Origin: Paragordius varius
Taxonomy: Eukaryota > Animalia > Nematomorpha
Direction: 5' to 3'
NCBI GenBank assembly: GCA_964247055.1
Contig: OZ176053.1
Location: 5,208,001-5,272,000, forward strand
DNA: 64,000 bases
Made by a program: the position numbers and the translations under genes
In this document: piece after piece, positions 1 to 12,400 of the stretch
Layout: every line of letters begins with the position of its first letter
Position numbering within the stretch: the first letter of the stretch is position 1
The notes under the pieces: generated by a model
Database searches by the model: none
The model's input: the letters and a program-made list of their open reading frames with translations, nothing else
Told to the model about the DNA's origin: nothing

Positions 1-1928
1 ATAATATTAAATAAGATACATGCCAGTGAGTTTGAAAAATGTCATGCATATTGTATTAATTGTTTATCTTTTTGTGCCTTATTTCATAAATTTTGGCTGA
101 AAATGATCAAAATAATTTCTGTAAAATTCAAATCGGGTGGGAAAATAAATGTTACATTCATAAGCAAAAGACTTGACTTAAGTGTTTTTTTATCACCGTT
201 CTTCAAGTGTACACTTACTGGCTTAAGTAAACTTTCTCAACTTGCCACGCTTGACTTACGAGTCAGCGCGACTTTTTTATCACCCCACCCAATATATCAA
301 AAAAATGAATTGGTTGAAAGTCTTTAGCTTTTACGAAATATTTATTTTATGTGAGCTGCTTTTGCGTTTCCATATCAGGCAATTACCACATAAGTGATAT
401 TGTTAGAACCATGATTCAACTTATTTTTATATGTACAATAGTTTAATTGGACAGGCATTCAAAAATTTAAAAATTTATAGGTTACTTATTCCAATTAAAG
501 CATAATAAGTTGGGAAAATACTCAGAATTTCTTAAAATAAATTTAAAAAAAATAAAAAGTGTTGATTTTTAATAAAATATATAAAATATAATGCAAGCAA
601 AATATCGTAATAAATATATATTGTGTTGAAAAATGCTTCCATTAGGCTTTTGGTGCAGACCAGTCATTTAAGAGAGTTTTTGTATTTTTATGATAATTCC
701 ATATCGAAAAGTCGCAAAATTAATTCAAATAATTATTTGATGTAAAAAGGCTATAAAATTTGTTGAATAAAAGGAAAAGAATATTTATAATAAATTTAAT
801 TATCGGGAAACCTCAAATTTTTGGAAGCGCCAAGGCGATAGGAATTATTAGCAGATGCTATTAGTATTAAACTAATATTTTTTGAAAAGGTTGAAACGGA
901 ATAAAAATACTTAATATATTTTTTTAATTGATGCAAAGGAGGATTTTCCATTAAAATTTTGATTTAAAGATACGTGTTCAATAAAGTACGATTTGTGTTT
1001 AAAAAATTTACTTAAATTTGAAAGTCATGGATATATTGGTAAAAAGGTAGATGTTTCCACCAAAATATTTGTAAATTATATTTCAGCATTTAAATTCTGT
1101 TTTCCTTTATTATTTCGATATGGTCTCCCAAAAATTGATGTGGATATGTTAAAATACGTTTCTTATTAATTATAAACACAAAAAGTCGACGATGTATATG
1201 CTAAATTTTGCGTAAAATTTAGGTTGCTTAGAAGAGTGCTTAACAACGAAAATAACTAATGATTGATTTATTGTGAACATATATTTTATGGGGAATCTAA
1301 CCGTAAATTGTATAAAACAAGTTTGTATATTATATAAACACTATATCCAAACAATATACATTGCGCATAAAATTAAGTATAAAAAATACTTTCATGAAAT
1401 ATATATTCTGAAAGATTGTATCAGGCTTCTCGTGGTCGTTTTGGTATTAATCCTTATAGTTATAAATAAGTTATTAGCTCTTTTGTTATTACTGCTCCAC
1501 ATCTGAAAATGGCAAAATTTGGGCACAATTTTCTAAATAAAATTATTTTATTAGAAGGTGAATGCTTTATGCCAAAAAAATCAATATATCATAAATAAAC
1601 TATATATAAAAAGAAAATCAATATTTTCATAATTAGTTTTGAGTCCGACAAACTCAATGGGCCATCTATCTTAAACGCAAAATGCCGAGATTTCCCAATA
1701 AGAATTTTTGACATATGGTATTATGACAGCGAAAAATTAATTTTGAAATGCATATTTTAAAAATCTAATTTTTAGCAAAATTATGTTGAAGTGTAGTTCA
1801 TGTAATAAATAGGACAATTTTTCTACCAAAATGATGCTAAACATTTAAACCACTATTTTAATTTAAAAATTAGTTCGCTTGTATTTTCTGTCATAAATAA
1901 AATCGTTTTTCAAATAAATTAACACAAA

Positions 1929-3589
1929 TCTACATATCTATAAAAATGGAAAATGCTGACTTTGTGATCTGTTTCCAAAAAACCGGTAGGCCCATTCAAA
2001 TCGAAATGTCGAAAAAATATAATCATTAATGAATGCCCCGACAATATCTTCGCCCTTTTTTTGAATTAGGTCTCCAGTTCGGGCCCACCCCGTGTAAAAA
2101 ACGGTTTTTTTTTAAACACAAGTCCACAAAAATCGTGTCTTTTAGACAATTTTCCTGAAAACGTGTTGGACCATTCGATTTCAAATATGATTTTTTTTTA
2201 ATTTTCGATTGCGCCGAACATAGTCGGCTCGCTTGTTTAATTTAGGCCCTCTTTCCCCCCCCGTAAAATGCTACTTTTTACAATAAAATTTAGTCCACAA
2301 AAATAATTTTTTAAAATTTTTTGCCCAAAGTATGATACCGTAAAAATTCAATAAGGATTCCAGGTATTCCCTAAAAGGCAAAAAATTTTAGTCGTGCGTT
2401 TCTTTGATGATAGCTGCTGAGTAAGGACATACCCGCTAAAAACTGACCCGTCATATCGTAATGGCGTGCTTTTGGGGCTAAGTGTCAGAAGACTTATCAG
2501 GCCATATGAGTTCAATCCGTGCTTAAAATATTACCAGTAACAAGGCAAAAATTCGGATCATGCGGTTTTTTAAAATTAGCCGTTAATTAGGCCCTTCACG
2601 CCCTGAAAAATGCGCCACCATAGAATGATTTTTTAATTTTGAGACAATTTTACCAAAAACAAATGAGAGCTGGAATCAATCATGATTCCAGGTATTCTTC
2701 GTCAAAAGGCCAAGCGCTTTTTTTGTATCAGCCTCTGAGGGAGCTAACCGCCAATAACTACGCCACTATATAGAAATTGCGTTGTTTAGAGGTTAATTCT
2801 CAGAAATCAGGCCATAAAAGTTTTATAAGGGCTGAAATATTACCCGTAAACAGGCAAAAGTTGAAGTCGAGCGGATTTTTTATTAGCGGTTAAATATCAC
2901 TGGGTAGAAGGCTATCCGCATAAAAATGCGTCCCTATATCGATACAGCATGCCTTTGGAGCCAAATTCCAGAAAACATATGCGACTATGTGAGTTCAATA
3001 AGGGCCTATAATATTTATTACCCCTTAAAAAACAAATATTTTAGTATAGAGGGTTATTTCAATGAGTCGCTACGAAAGGTTTTACGCCCTGAAAAATTCG
3101 CCGACATAGAACAATTATTTGGTTTTAAAGCCATTCCAAGAACTTATAGGAAGATATAGACATTATAATTCCAGATATTCCCCATATTATGAGAAAAATT
3201 TTGCCCGACGCTTTTTTATACCTGCCTCTGGGTAAGAAGCTGCGCACCAAAAACTGTGCCACTAATAGAAATTGCGTTCTTTTGGAAATAATTTAAAACT
3301 TATGCCATATGTGCCTATTTAAAGTTCGAAATATTACCCGTAACTAGGTAAAAATTAATTCAAGACTTTTTCCGATAGCCGTCAATTTGGGGCCTTTACA
3401 CCAGTAAACAATATGTTAGTATGAATGCACCGTTTTGAAATATCCTATGAGATCATAGCTATTAAATAATGTTTTGAAATAATCGACATATATGTATCAT
3501 TTTAATGTCTCTTTTTTCAAATACCCCCCCCCCCCCCCCTCCCCTCCCCCGAAGGACTTCCTCGGGCATAAGCACGAGATTTACGCTAG
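1929..3589 (+). mobile_element. Non-autonomous Helitron (family B, copy 1) with internal tandem modules
   Basis: Starts A|TCTACATATCTATAAAAATGGAAAATGCTG and ends ...GCACGAGATTTACG-CTAG|T. Inserted between A and T with no TSD; GC-rich hairpin-forming sequence before the end; termini shared with 33520..34662. Confidence 0.85.
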
Positions 3590-4834
3590 TTTTTATATAA
3601 AATAAATTTTTAAGAATCCTCAAATTATCATGTGTTTTTAAAATATCAAGCGTTTATACCGTTTTGATCATGCTTCCAAATAGTATTAAGTGCGTTTCAC
3701 TAAAATTTTGATAAATTAAATTTTCAAGAAAATATCATTTTTTAAAATTGGTATGTCATAATCAAACTTCTGGTATAATATATATCTTTACAAAATGTTG
3801 CTGATTAATTTAACCGTCTATTTCCTCAAAGCGTTAAATTCTCGTTTAAATTTTTGTGAACCAATAAATAATACTGAAACTAACAACAATTATAAAATAA
3901 TTATTATATATATGGGTTAAAAACATTCGAAAAATATGCGACGGAATTGGCAAATTTTATTTAGGCTCATAATGGAAATGTGACGTTTTTTAACTTAATT
4001 CAAAAGATCCTGACCTTTAATATTCATATGCTAAATGTTACCAAAAAATGATGGGTCTTAGTGTTAACAGTAATATATTTTAAAAGTGCGAATTATATTT
4101 AAAAAAATGGAATTTTTACTATTTATTCTATATGAATATCATCGTATAAATTATAAAATAATTGTACATATAAATATTTATGCAAATCATGAAATTATAC
4201 AGTTACATATGTGTAGTGTGGTGATAGATATGTTATGAGGTTTTAATATATTACATAATCCATTTAGTGCGAATGAGTAAATGCTGCATGTAGCATTCAT
4301 CATAAAAATTAAACTAATTTTGATTTTATTCCAAATATAATATATTTGTATTATAATTTAAATTAAAAGAATTAGTATGATTGTATAGTTATGTTCTAAT
4401 TAAAAAAACATTTTTGAGTTTTTTTCTCTATAAAATTAACAAGATTTCCAGAATGTGATATCAATCGCGTGATTATATATGTATATATTATATAATTTTA
4501 TAGATATATTAGTAATAAGTATAATATATAAAGTAAAGTTGTAGTATTTTATGGAATGTCAAGGATTTAATTAGTAAATAAAAATAGTTATAATATCTAA
4601 TCTAAAAGTCAAAAAGTGTGTTATAATTAAAAAAATAACACCAAAGTCACTCCTGATTTTTTATGTACAAAAAAATGGAAAGTACATTTTTTAGGTATAA
4701 GCAAAATTCATTTCCATTATTTATCTTAAAATCTTATATGCCTCTCTAACACGGTAAAACGCATGTTCATTAATCCAACTTTGGAAGGTCTTGCATTGAA
4801 ATTTATTAAGTTTTCTGTTTCGCAAAATGATATT

Positions 4835-6389
4835 TTATATTTTAGAGCAAAGCAAAGGAGGTTTTGGTGCTCTTCTTTTGATAGATGGCGGCGTAATAAA
4901 TTCCATACTATCATTCCCATTTGGGGTGTAAAAATTATTGGTTTTGTCATGGTTCGTGATCTCTGGGGTTCGTGAAATGGATGTTGATGGTATAAAGTTG
5001 TTAGTTCCATACTTGGAAGTTGAAATATTCATAATACCGTTTTGATATACAGTGAGATTTTCGTTTATGTTTAGATTCTAATACAAAATAAATATACAAT
5101 TTTCGTTTATGTTTAGATTCTAATAGAAAATAAATATACAATGAAAAAGCGCTTTTTATACTTTTTATTTAGGGCAATAAAATAATATTTAAAGTTTTAC
5201 TCTTATATGATTGAATATTTCTGATGTATTGATATTCGTTTTGGTGTGAGCTGGGGTAACGCTTTGCGTAGAAAATAAACCATTCATCGTATTTTCATGC
5301 ACCGATAAAATTTTTGGTCCATCCTTTGATACAGCGTTTGATTTCCCCTCATTATGATGTATTTCATCGTTTATATTGTGGTAAGATTTGGAATTTATAA
5401 ATTTGTTATTTGAGTGGGATGATGTGTAAGGAAATGATTCATCATTATGTAAAGCCGAGTTTAATGTTGTTCCCTGGGCGGAATAGTTTGAAGGAATGAT
5501 GGGACGACCTCTGGCTAAAGTACTGGCTTGATCAGCGGGTCGTACGGTTAAAACCAAATCATACGCATTAGCGATCATCATATCAGTTACCTGGGTATTA
5601 AGACATAGATAATTTAAACAGGTGGTCCTTAACAAAAAGATTAAAAGGGCCGAATAATACATATTTTTTGTCGCAAGGGCAACGCACCATAAAATACTGA
5701 AATATATATATATTTATCCTCTAATGGAAACGGTAAAAATTCATGGCCATAAAAAATAACCGTGGTTTGCAATTAAAATTTAAAAAGAATTTTAAATCAA
5801 ACATCCAATCAAAATTTTGTGGGCAGACACTTAGTATTAATCAAAATACACTTCCTTTTTAAATCAATAATGTGTATAATATTCACCATGGGATATAACT
5901 TTTTAGTTTAAGCCTTTTTTAGTGGGTATTCAATATATTAAACCTGTAAATTCACACAACACAACAAAAATAACACCCAAATAAGTTTTGCGTATGCGTT
6001 ATCAAAAATGTTTTATACTTGATCCAACGTTTTCCCTGATAAATCGATGCCATTGACTTCGACAATTTCATCGCCCAGTGACAAAAGACCTGTCCCAGCG
6101 GCAATTCCACCCGGCACAAGTCTCGAAATAAAGATGGCAGGATATCGTTCAAGACCTTCTGAGCCTATTCTAACGCTTATACCTTGTCGTATGTAGAAGC
6201 CTAGGGGACGATCATCATAATACTGCGGAGTTGATTGAGCTACATATATATATATAAATATATATATAAATATTATTACAAAGTATGTGAAATCGGGGGT
6301 GTCAAATTTCCTTATAAATCTCACACCAAGCCTATGTTGTGACTGACATCTACATAGCAAAATGCGTCCGAAATGATAATTAGCAGGAT

Positions 6390-6426
<37 letters not shown>

Positions 6427-9400
6427 GCCATAATAAAAAAAATCAATTTATTATCATAATAATGATCAAATTTTATATACAATAGGCATATATATGTTGT
6501 CAATTCACATAAATTTTTACCAACTTGAAATACGGTAGCGTATGGGTAAAAATAACAAATGGTTTAAATTATACATTTTCATCCTACCTTACGACATTTA
6601 ATTTTATTTATGGACAAAATTTGTTTTATATACGCTACTGAATAACTAATTCGCCAACATAAATGTATATACTGTGATTTATATAATAACATGTAAATGT
6701 TAATTATATTTTACTTGCAAATTTTGGCTCAATACGAATCGATAGATTTAAAATAAACCCCAATTTAGTTGATTTGTCTTGTCTAAATTAAGCCCTTTGT
6801 ATAAACATAAAAACTACTCGATATTAATAAATTTTGTGTCAAAATTGAGTTTAACTTTACTTTCTTAATATTTGGATTGAATTTTTTTTATAAAAATATT
6901 ATATTTTGAAATTTTTATTAAAATATATTTAATTGTTTAATTATCTTAGCATACCTGCATAAATGATCCATAGGAGTTTAAGCAAAACAAAAATGACGAA
7001 TGCTTTTAAGTTTTTAGATACATTGATTTGTAAACAACTATTTTTTAATCAGGATATCCGAATTTCAGACTCTATAAAACATAGTTTAATAATATATTTT
7101 TGCAAAAAAACTTTGATAATCGTAGATTGAATACAAGCATAAACCAATGATAATATTTGTAATCCATGTATAAACAACAATAATTTCATTATTTAATCAA
7201 CATAACAAAAAGCATTTAATGCTTGATTTAAGCAATAATGCCAAATATATTCATCAATCATATAACCCATAAAATTTTTCAATTTCGTAAGCGATTAACC
7301 ATTTTACCAATTTGATCGGTGAGTTTGCTGAGTCAAAATTTATCTATGAAAACTAACGAGTTATACTGCAAACTCTTCGTAGTTTTCACTTTTATAAATG
7401 ATACAGAAAGTCATTTAATGACTTACATGCTTCCCAAGCAATTGTCTCTTTGACCCCCATTAATTTAGGAAATTTTTCGTCCAATAAAAGTTGGTCAATA
7501 TGGCGACCAGTCAAAAACTTATATTTAATTTAGCTAGTGTCATTTCAGTAGCTGGGATACCGACTTTAGTCAGCCTGTGGATAAATTCATAATTAAAAAA
7601 CATGGATAAAGAGGACCACTAAATGTGAATAGACTAGTAACTCCTCTTCATATAAATTGGGCTTAGCAAGAACCTTTTTGATTAATTTGAATAAGGATGA
7701 TTAATTTCTTTTACCTTAATAAATTCCGAATGTCAAATGGGTGTTTGACTGGTCTTCAAATCGACCAACTGTTATTAGATGAGGAATTCCTTAATTTGAT
7801 AGGGGTTAAAGAGAGGATTGCTTGGGAAGCATGTGTTATTTAATGATAACTTCCTCTATCATTACAAAAGTGCAAACTACAAGGACTTAGCATCAGATCT
7901 CATAAGTTGTTTTTACCAACTGGGCAAATTTAAAGTTATATTAAATCAATATATTTTAATTACAACTCCATTTACTATTTATATATGTCGCCCAAACTAG
8001 ACATAGTGAACCAGCTCATAAATTTCAATGAGCAAACTCACCGATCAGACTGGGAAGAGGATTCATCAAATCTTGCAAAAAATTGAATTGTACAGGAACA
8101 AAAATCTTAGTCGTATGATTGGTTAGTATCTTTGACCATGAAGATACAATCTACTATATTTATTTTTGTTTATATATGTATTACAAAACTTTTGTTGTTT
8201 CATACTTGTATTCAATCTACAATTCAAAGCTGTTTTGGTGAAATACTATAATTAAATATAAAATAGTCCGAAATCCGGATTACTCCTGATGAAAAAATAG
8301 CTGTTTATATATCAATGTATATAAACACCTTTCTAATAAGTGTAATTAAAAGAATTCGTAAATTATTTTAGATGACCGGTAATCTTCGAAAGTTTAATTA
8401 AATTATCTTCAATCTCATTGTGTAGTACCTCAAATACTGTGTGAATCATAATCAGTATCAGTTCAAATTCGTATTAAATATTTTATATGCACTAAAAATG
8501 CTAAAATAAAATCAACAGAAAATTAATAGTAACCATAAAATAGGTTTGATCCACCATATTACTTATATCGACAAATAAGGTTAAACTTGAATTTTGACAC
8601 AAAGATTATTAATTTTCATCGATTAGTTTTAAGTTGTTGGCTTAAATTAGTTAAAAATTTGCGGCATTTTAAATCTATCCATTTATATTTAACAAAAATT
8701 TGCAAATTATATTAATACATGTATATAATATGTTTCAACTTAATTTTTAATCATGTTTTATAAAAACAAAGTTAATCTTTTCCGATTGGCCCTATATAGA
8801 AAAAGTAGCAAAAAAATTCTAAGTTAATTATTTTATTTTGGTATGTAGGTCTTACAAGGGTAATGATAAGCTAGGTTAGACATCTGGAGCTAATTGTTGC
8901 AAACTGTGTTATATAAAAGTGTTAACGCCACTTTCATCATTTAAAAATAACCTAATATAATGACTTATGCGCAAAAAAGTTTGTCAATTAAATTATGCAA
9001 AAAATAAAATAACCCTGATTTAATCAACATTAAAAACTCTGATTAGCTAACAAATGTACATAATGAGATTAAACACATTAAATTATAATAGTATAATTTT
9101 AGAAAAATATTATTATGCTTAAAATTCCATACAATAAAAATTAATTAATTAAATTTCGTTCATAAATACCGCAAAAAATGTAGTTGTAACCTTGAAAATT
9201 TTTTATCAAACAAGATTCTCTATACCATAAAATGGCATTGTTATTCATTCAACTATGCAGTAATATGAATCAATTAAATTAACAAATTATCATTAATATT
9301 TAAAGAGATAACTCTAAAACAAAAAACGTATAAATTCCGTCATTCTTTGTCAGTGGGAAAATTTTTGGAAATTCGTAACCAACAACTTAAAACATCTTTA

Positions 9401-12400
9401 TAACTTTTTGTAAGGACAAATTTTATTTTTATTAACCTGTTGCAGGGGGTAAGCCATTAACGGGCAATGATGTGGATGAGTATTGATGATTTGAGGAATG
9501 GTTGGTGTTATAATTATCAAAATTGTTAGCACCAATGTTATCTTTAGCCGTCATGGTGATTAAAGAGTGTGGGCAAGGTAAAACAGGTCGCCTTGGTTTA
9601 ACTAATCGGACTCGCCGTAAAGTTTTAGGTACAGTGTCCACATCAATGATCGAGGAAACTGTCCTAAAATCAAGCGGTCGCCCTATCAAAGGTTTTGATG
9701 CCCTTGGGGTGTTGACATAATTTTGTGTTGCCGTTGGCTGATAATGTGTAGTCGAGGAGATGCTATTGTGTGCTGCATGACCATTCAATAATTTAATGGT
9801 GTGCGGATGGTTTGGCATATAATAATTTTGGGGTGGTACTATGGTGTTTTAAGGATATTTTTTAGAAATTTTGTGCCTTAAACAAAATTGATATTAAAAA
9901 TATTTTAAATACGTAAAAAATTCGACATATCTAAACAAAATGTATTGTTGACCGTTACTAAGCGGCATATCAGAGAATTGGAAGTATTTTGCCCATGAAT
10001 CTATTTTAAAAACTAAAAATTAACTGTATCTTTGCTTATATTTACAAAGTAATGTTTACTAAACATTAAAGCACTTATATATTACTTTTATCGTAAATTT
10101 TTTTAATTCCAAGTAACGGAAGTCAAATTTGTCTAAGATTTATTATAAGCTCAAGAAGTTTACCATCATGGTTCGTTGATTGTTGGCTCCATGTATTGTA
10201 CATGGGATCAAGAATGGGTGATGATTTTTGACGCCTATGCAAATCTCCATTGGATATTTGATAGGGGTAATGATTGATACCATTGTCAGGTGTATAATGA
10301 GAGGAATTCACAGGGTGACCAGTATTGAGAAGTAAATTAGTGTACAAACTTTCAGCCGCTATATTATAGTAATTGGGGACAACATTAAGAATGTATTGAC
10401 TCAATCGATTTCGTTTTTTGAGAGAATTTGGTTGGTTCCCATAACCCGTTATTTGGCCTGGATCTTCGTCTGTTAACACAAAATTAAAAAATTAGAAAAG
10501 TGTGTTGATTACATCAAAAGATTCAAAAATATTTTTATCAAAAGTTTTTTATGTTAATTTCTATTTTTGTATTTATAATCTACAAATTTTTAATACACTT
10601 AAAATTCCTTTCATATTTTGTAATTAGTTTTTTTTATATTTCTGTTTTAACCTAAAAAAAATATGTGATTTAAAAAAACAAAAGAAAAGATTATGCTATA
10701 TAGTAAAATAAACAAAATACAGGTAAGATAAAAGGATGAAAGTATGAAAGATACTAAGAAATAATATATATTTTATTTTATTAATATTAATTTTCTTAAT
10801 GTTAATGTATGAAAGACATGAATAGGTCAAATATTATCATATTTGCCCTTAATTACAAGCTTTCCATGTATACAACTTCGCTTTTTATCAGCATAAGAAA
10901 GTGTAAAAAGTTTTTATAATGTGAATATAAAAAATTTTTTTTTAATCAATTGATAATAACCATAATATTTCGATAAATTTTATGGCTATATGGCATCACT
11001 GACGTAAAAATAAATTTATTATATAAGCCAATATTAGGATTGGTGATAGGAGAATTGTCAATGTAAAGAATATTAATTAACACCGTATACTACGCAAAAT
11101 CAAGCGTATTTATTGTTAAACAAAGCTCTTATCTAATAAAGTTTCATACCTTTCTTTATCTAACAAAATGATGATTGTTATATTAAAACCAAAATCATTT
11201 TAAGATAATTGCTTCCAACCAGAGGTGCAAAAAATTAGACGGAAAATGTCTTGCGCCCTCAAAAAGACGACAGATACATAGATTAACCTTATAAGGCCAT
11301 GTATGGAAATAATAAAATTTAAAAATAAATTCTGAACTTTTAGGCATTTACCGAATAATTTTCGTCATATGAAATTATAGTATGGGACAAAGGTCGAAAT
11401 AAATATAGGAAAAACGTCTTTTATTAGATTGATTCCAAAGCGGTTCTCAAAATGGAGTTAATTCTGGATCTAAGCCTTATGCCGTGGCATATTCAAAAAT
11501 GTTAAAATAGAACCCGGTTTTGGGTATTTTTAAACCCTAGTTTAAACATTCCTATTGTATTTAAGCGTTAAGTCCATAAAGACCTTCATTTGCTATAAAT
11601 TGACAGTGATGATGGAAAAATTGGTAATGGGTGAAGGTCGGTTTATAAAATGTGTTAAATTAAACAGCATTCTAACTCAAAGTCACAGGTCATATCTTTA
11701 ACAGAAGAGTTGGGTTAGGAGTGTTTAAAATATTTGGAGAATCAAATGTTAACGATTTTTTACATTATAATTAGGTAGTATTTTTTATTTTTCTACTATT
11801 TTAACGGGCTTAAAATTTATCGGAAAAGTTTTATTAAAAATTATTATATATCCATTGTCTAACTTTATATTTATAAGTATTTCCCTACAAAGGTAATTTA
11901 TTCATAAAACAAATTGAACAATAACAATGTTCTTTGGGCTATATACAAGAGAAAGCGTGCCAAAATCAATTAATGAATAATCATAATTAAAACAAATAAA
12001 CCCCCAAAAACCAAACTGCAAATGCATAATAAAAACGAATTGATTAAAAAAATATTTTTGAAAGTCTAAAATATTGTGAGTTAAAAGTTCTTTTATAAAC
12101 TACAGTGTAAATATTATTTAAAATCTAATTCATTAATATTTTCTAAATTTAAAACTAACCATTGTATTATTTAATTTCATATATGATCAGGTTTTTGTTT
12201 ACTCTAATATAAACCAAATTAAATTAGTTAGTATCGAGACAAAGCAAGATATAACTGGTGATAACTAATTAAAACTATAATAACCAGTTTAAAAAGTATT
12301 AAATAAACATATTGGTATATTCAGGGTTCTTTATATTTTTATTAATGACCAAGGATATGATATTTTATTAATATATTGAGATGAAATAAAGAATCATCTG

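Noticed and set aside
170-290. Repeated TTTTTTATCACC and CTTGACTTA motifs resembling Helentron subterminal repeats
   Set aside because: Both motifs are in the same orientation, no partner end was seen, and the sequence is near the window edge.
4726-5010. Overlapping ORFs 4726..5010 (-) and 4763..4975 (+)
   Set aside because: No homology motifs. The 4835..5032 frame is preferred because it is in phase with a good acceptor at 5078 and matches Par-6 linker composition.
9523-9720. Plus-strand ORFs antisense to real exons (9523..9720, 22586..22885, 23667..23927, 25270..25452, 40355..40543, 40643..40954)
   Set aside because: Shadow ORFs caused by codon structure of the par-6 and GPCR exons; no recognisable motifs.
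11200-11720. Possible decayed LINE RT C-terminus (IRPCME-like peptide near 11290)
   Set aside because: Only one short motif amid stops; cannot be supported without a profile search.
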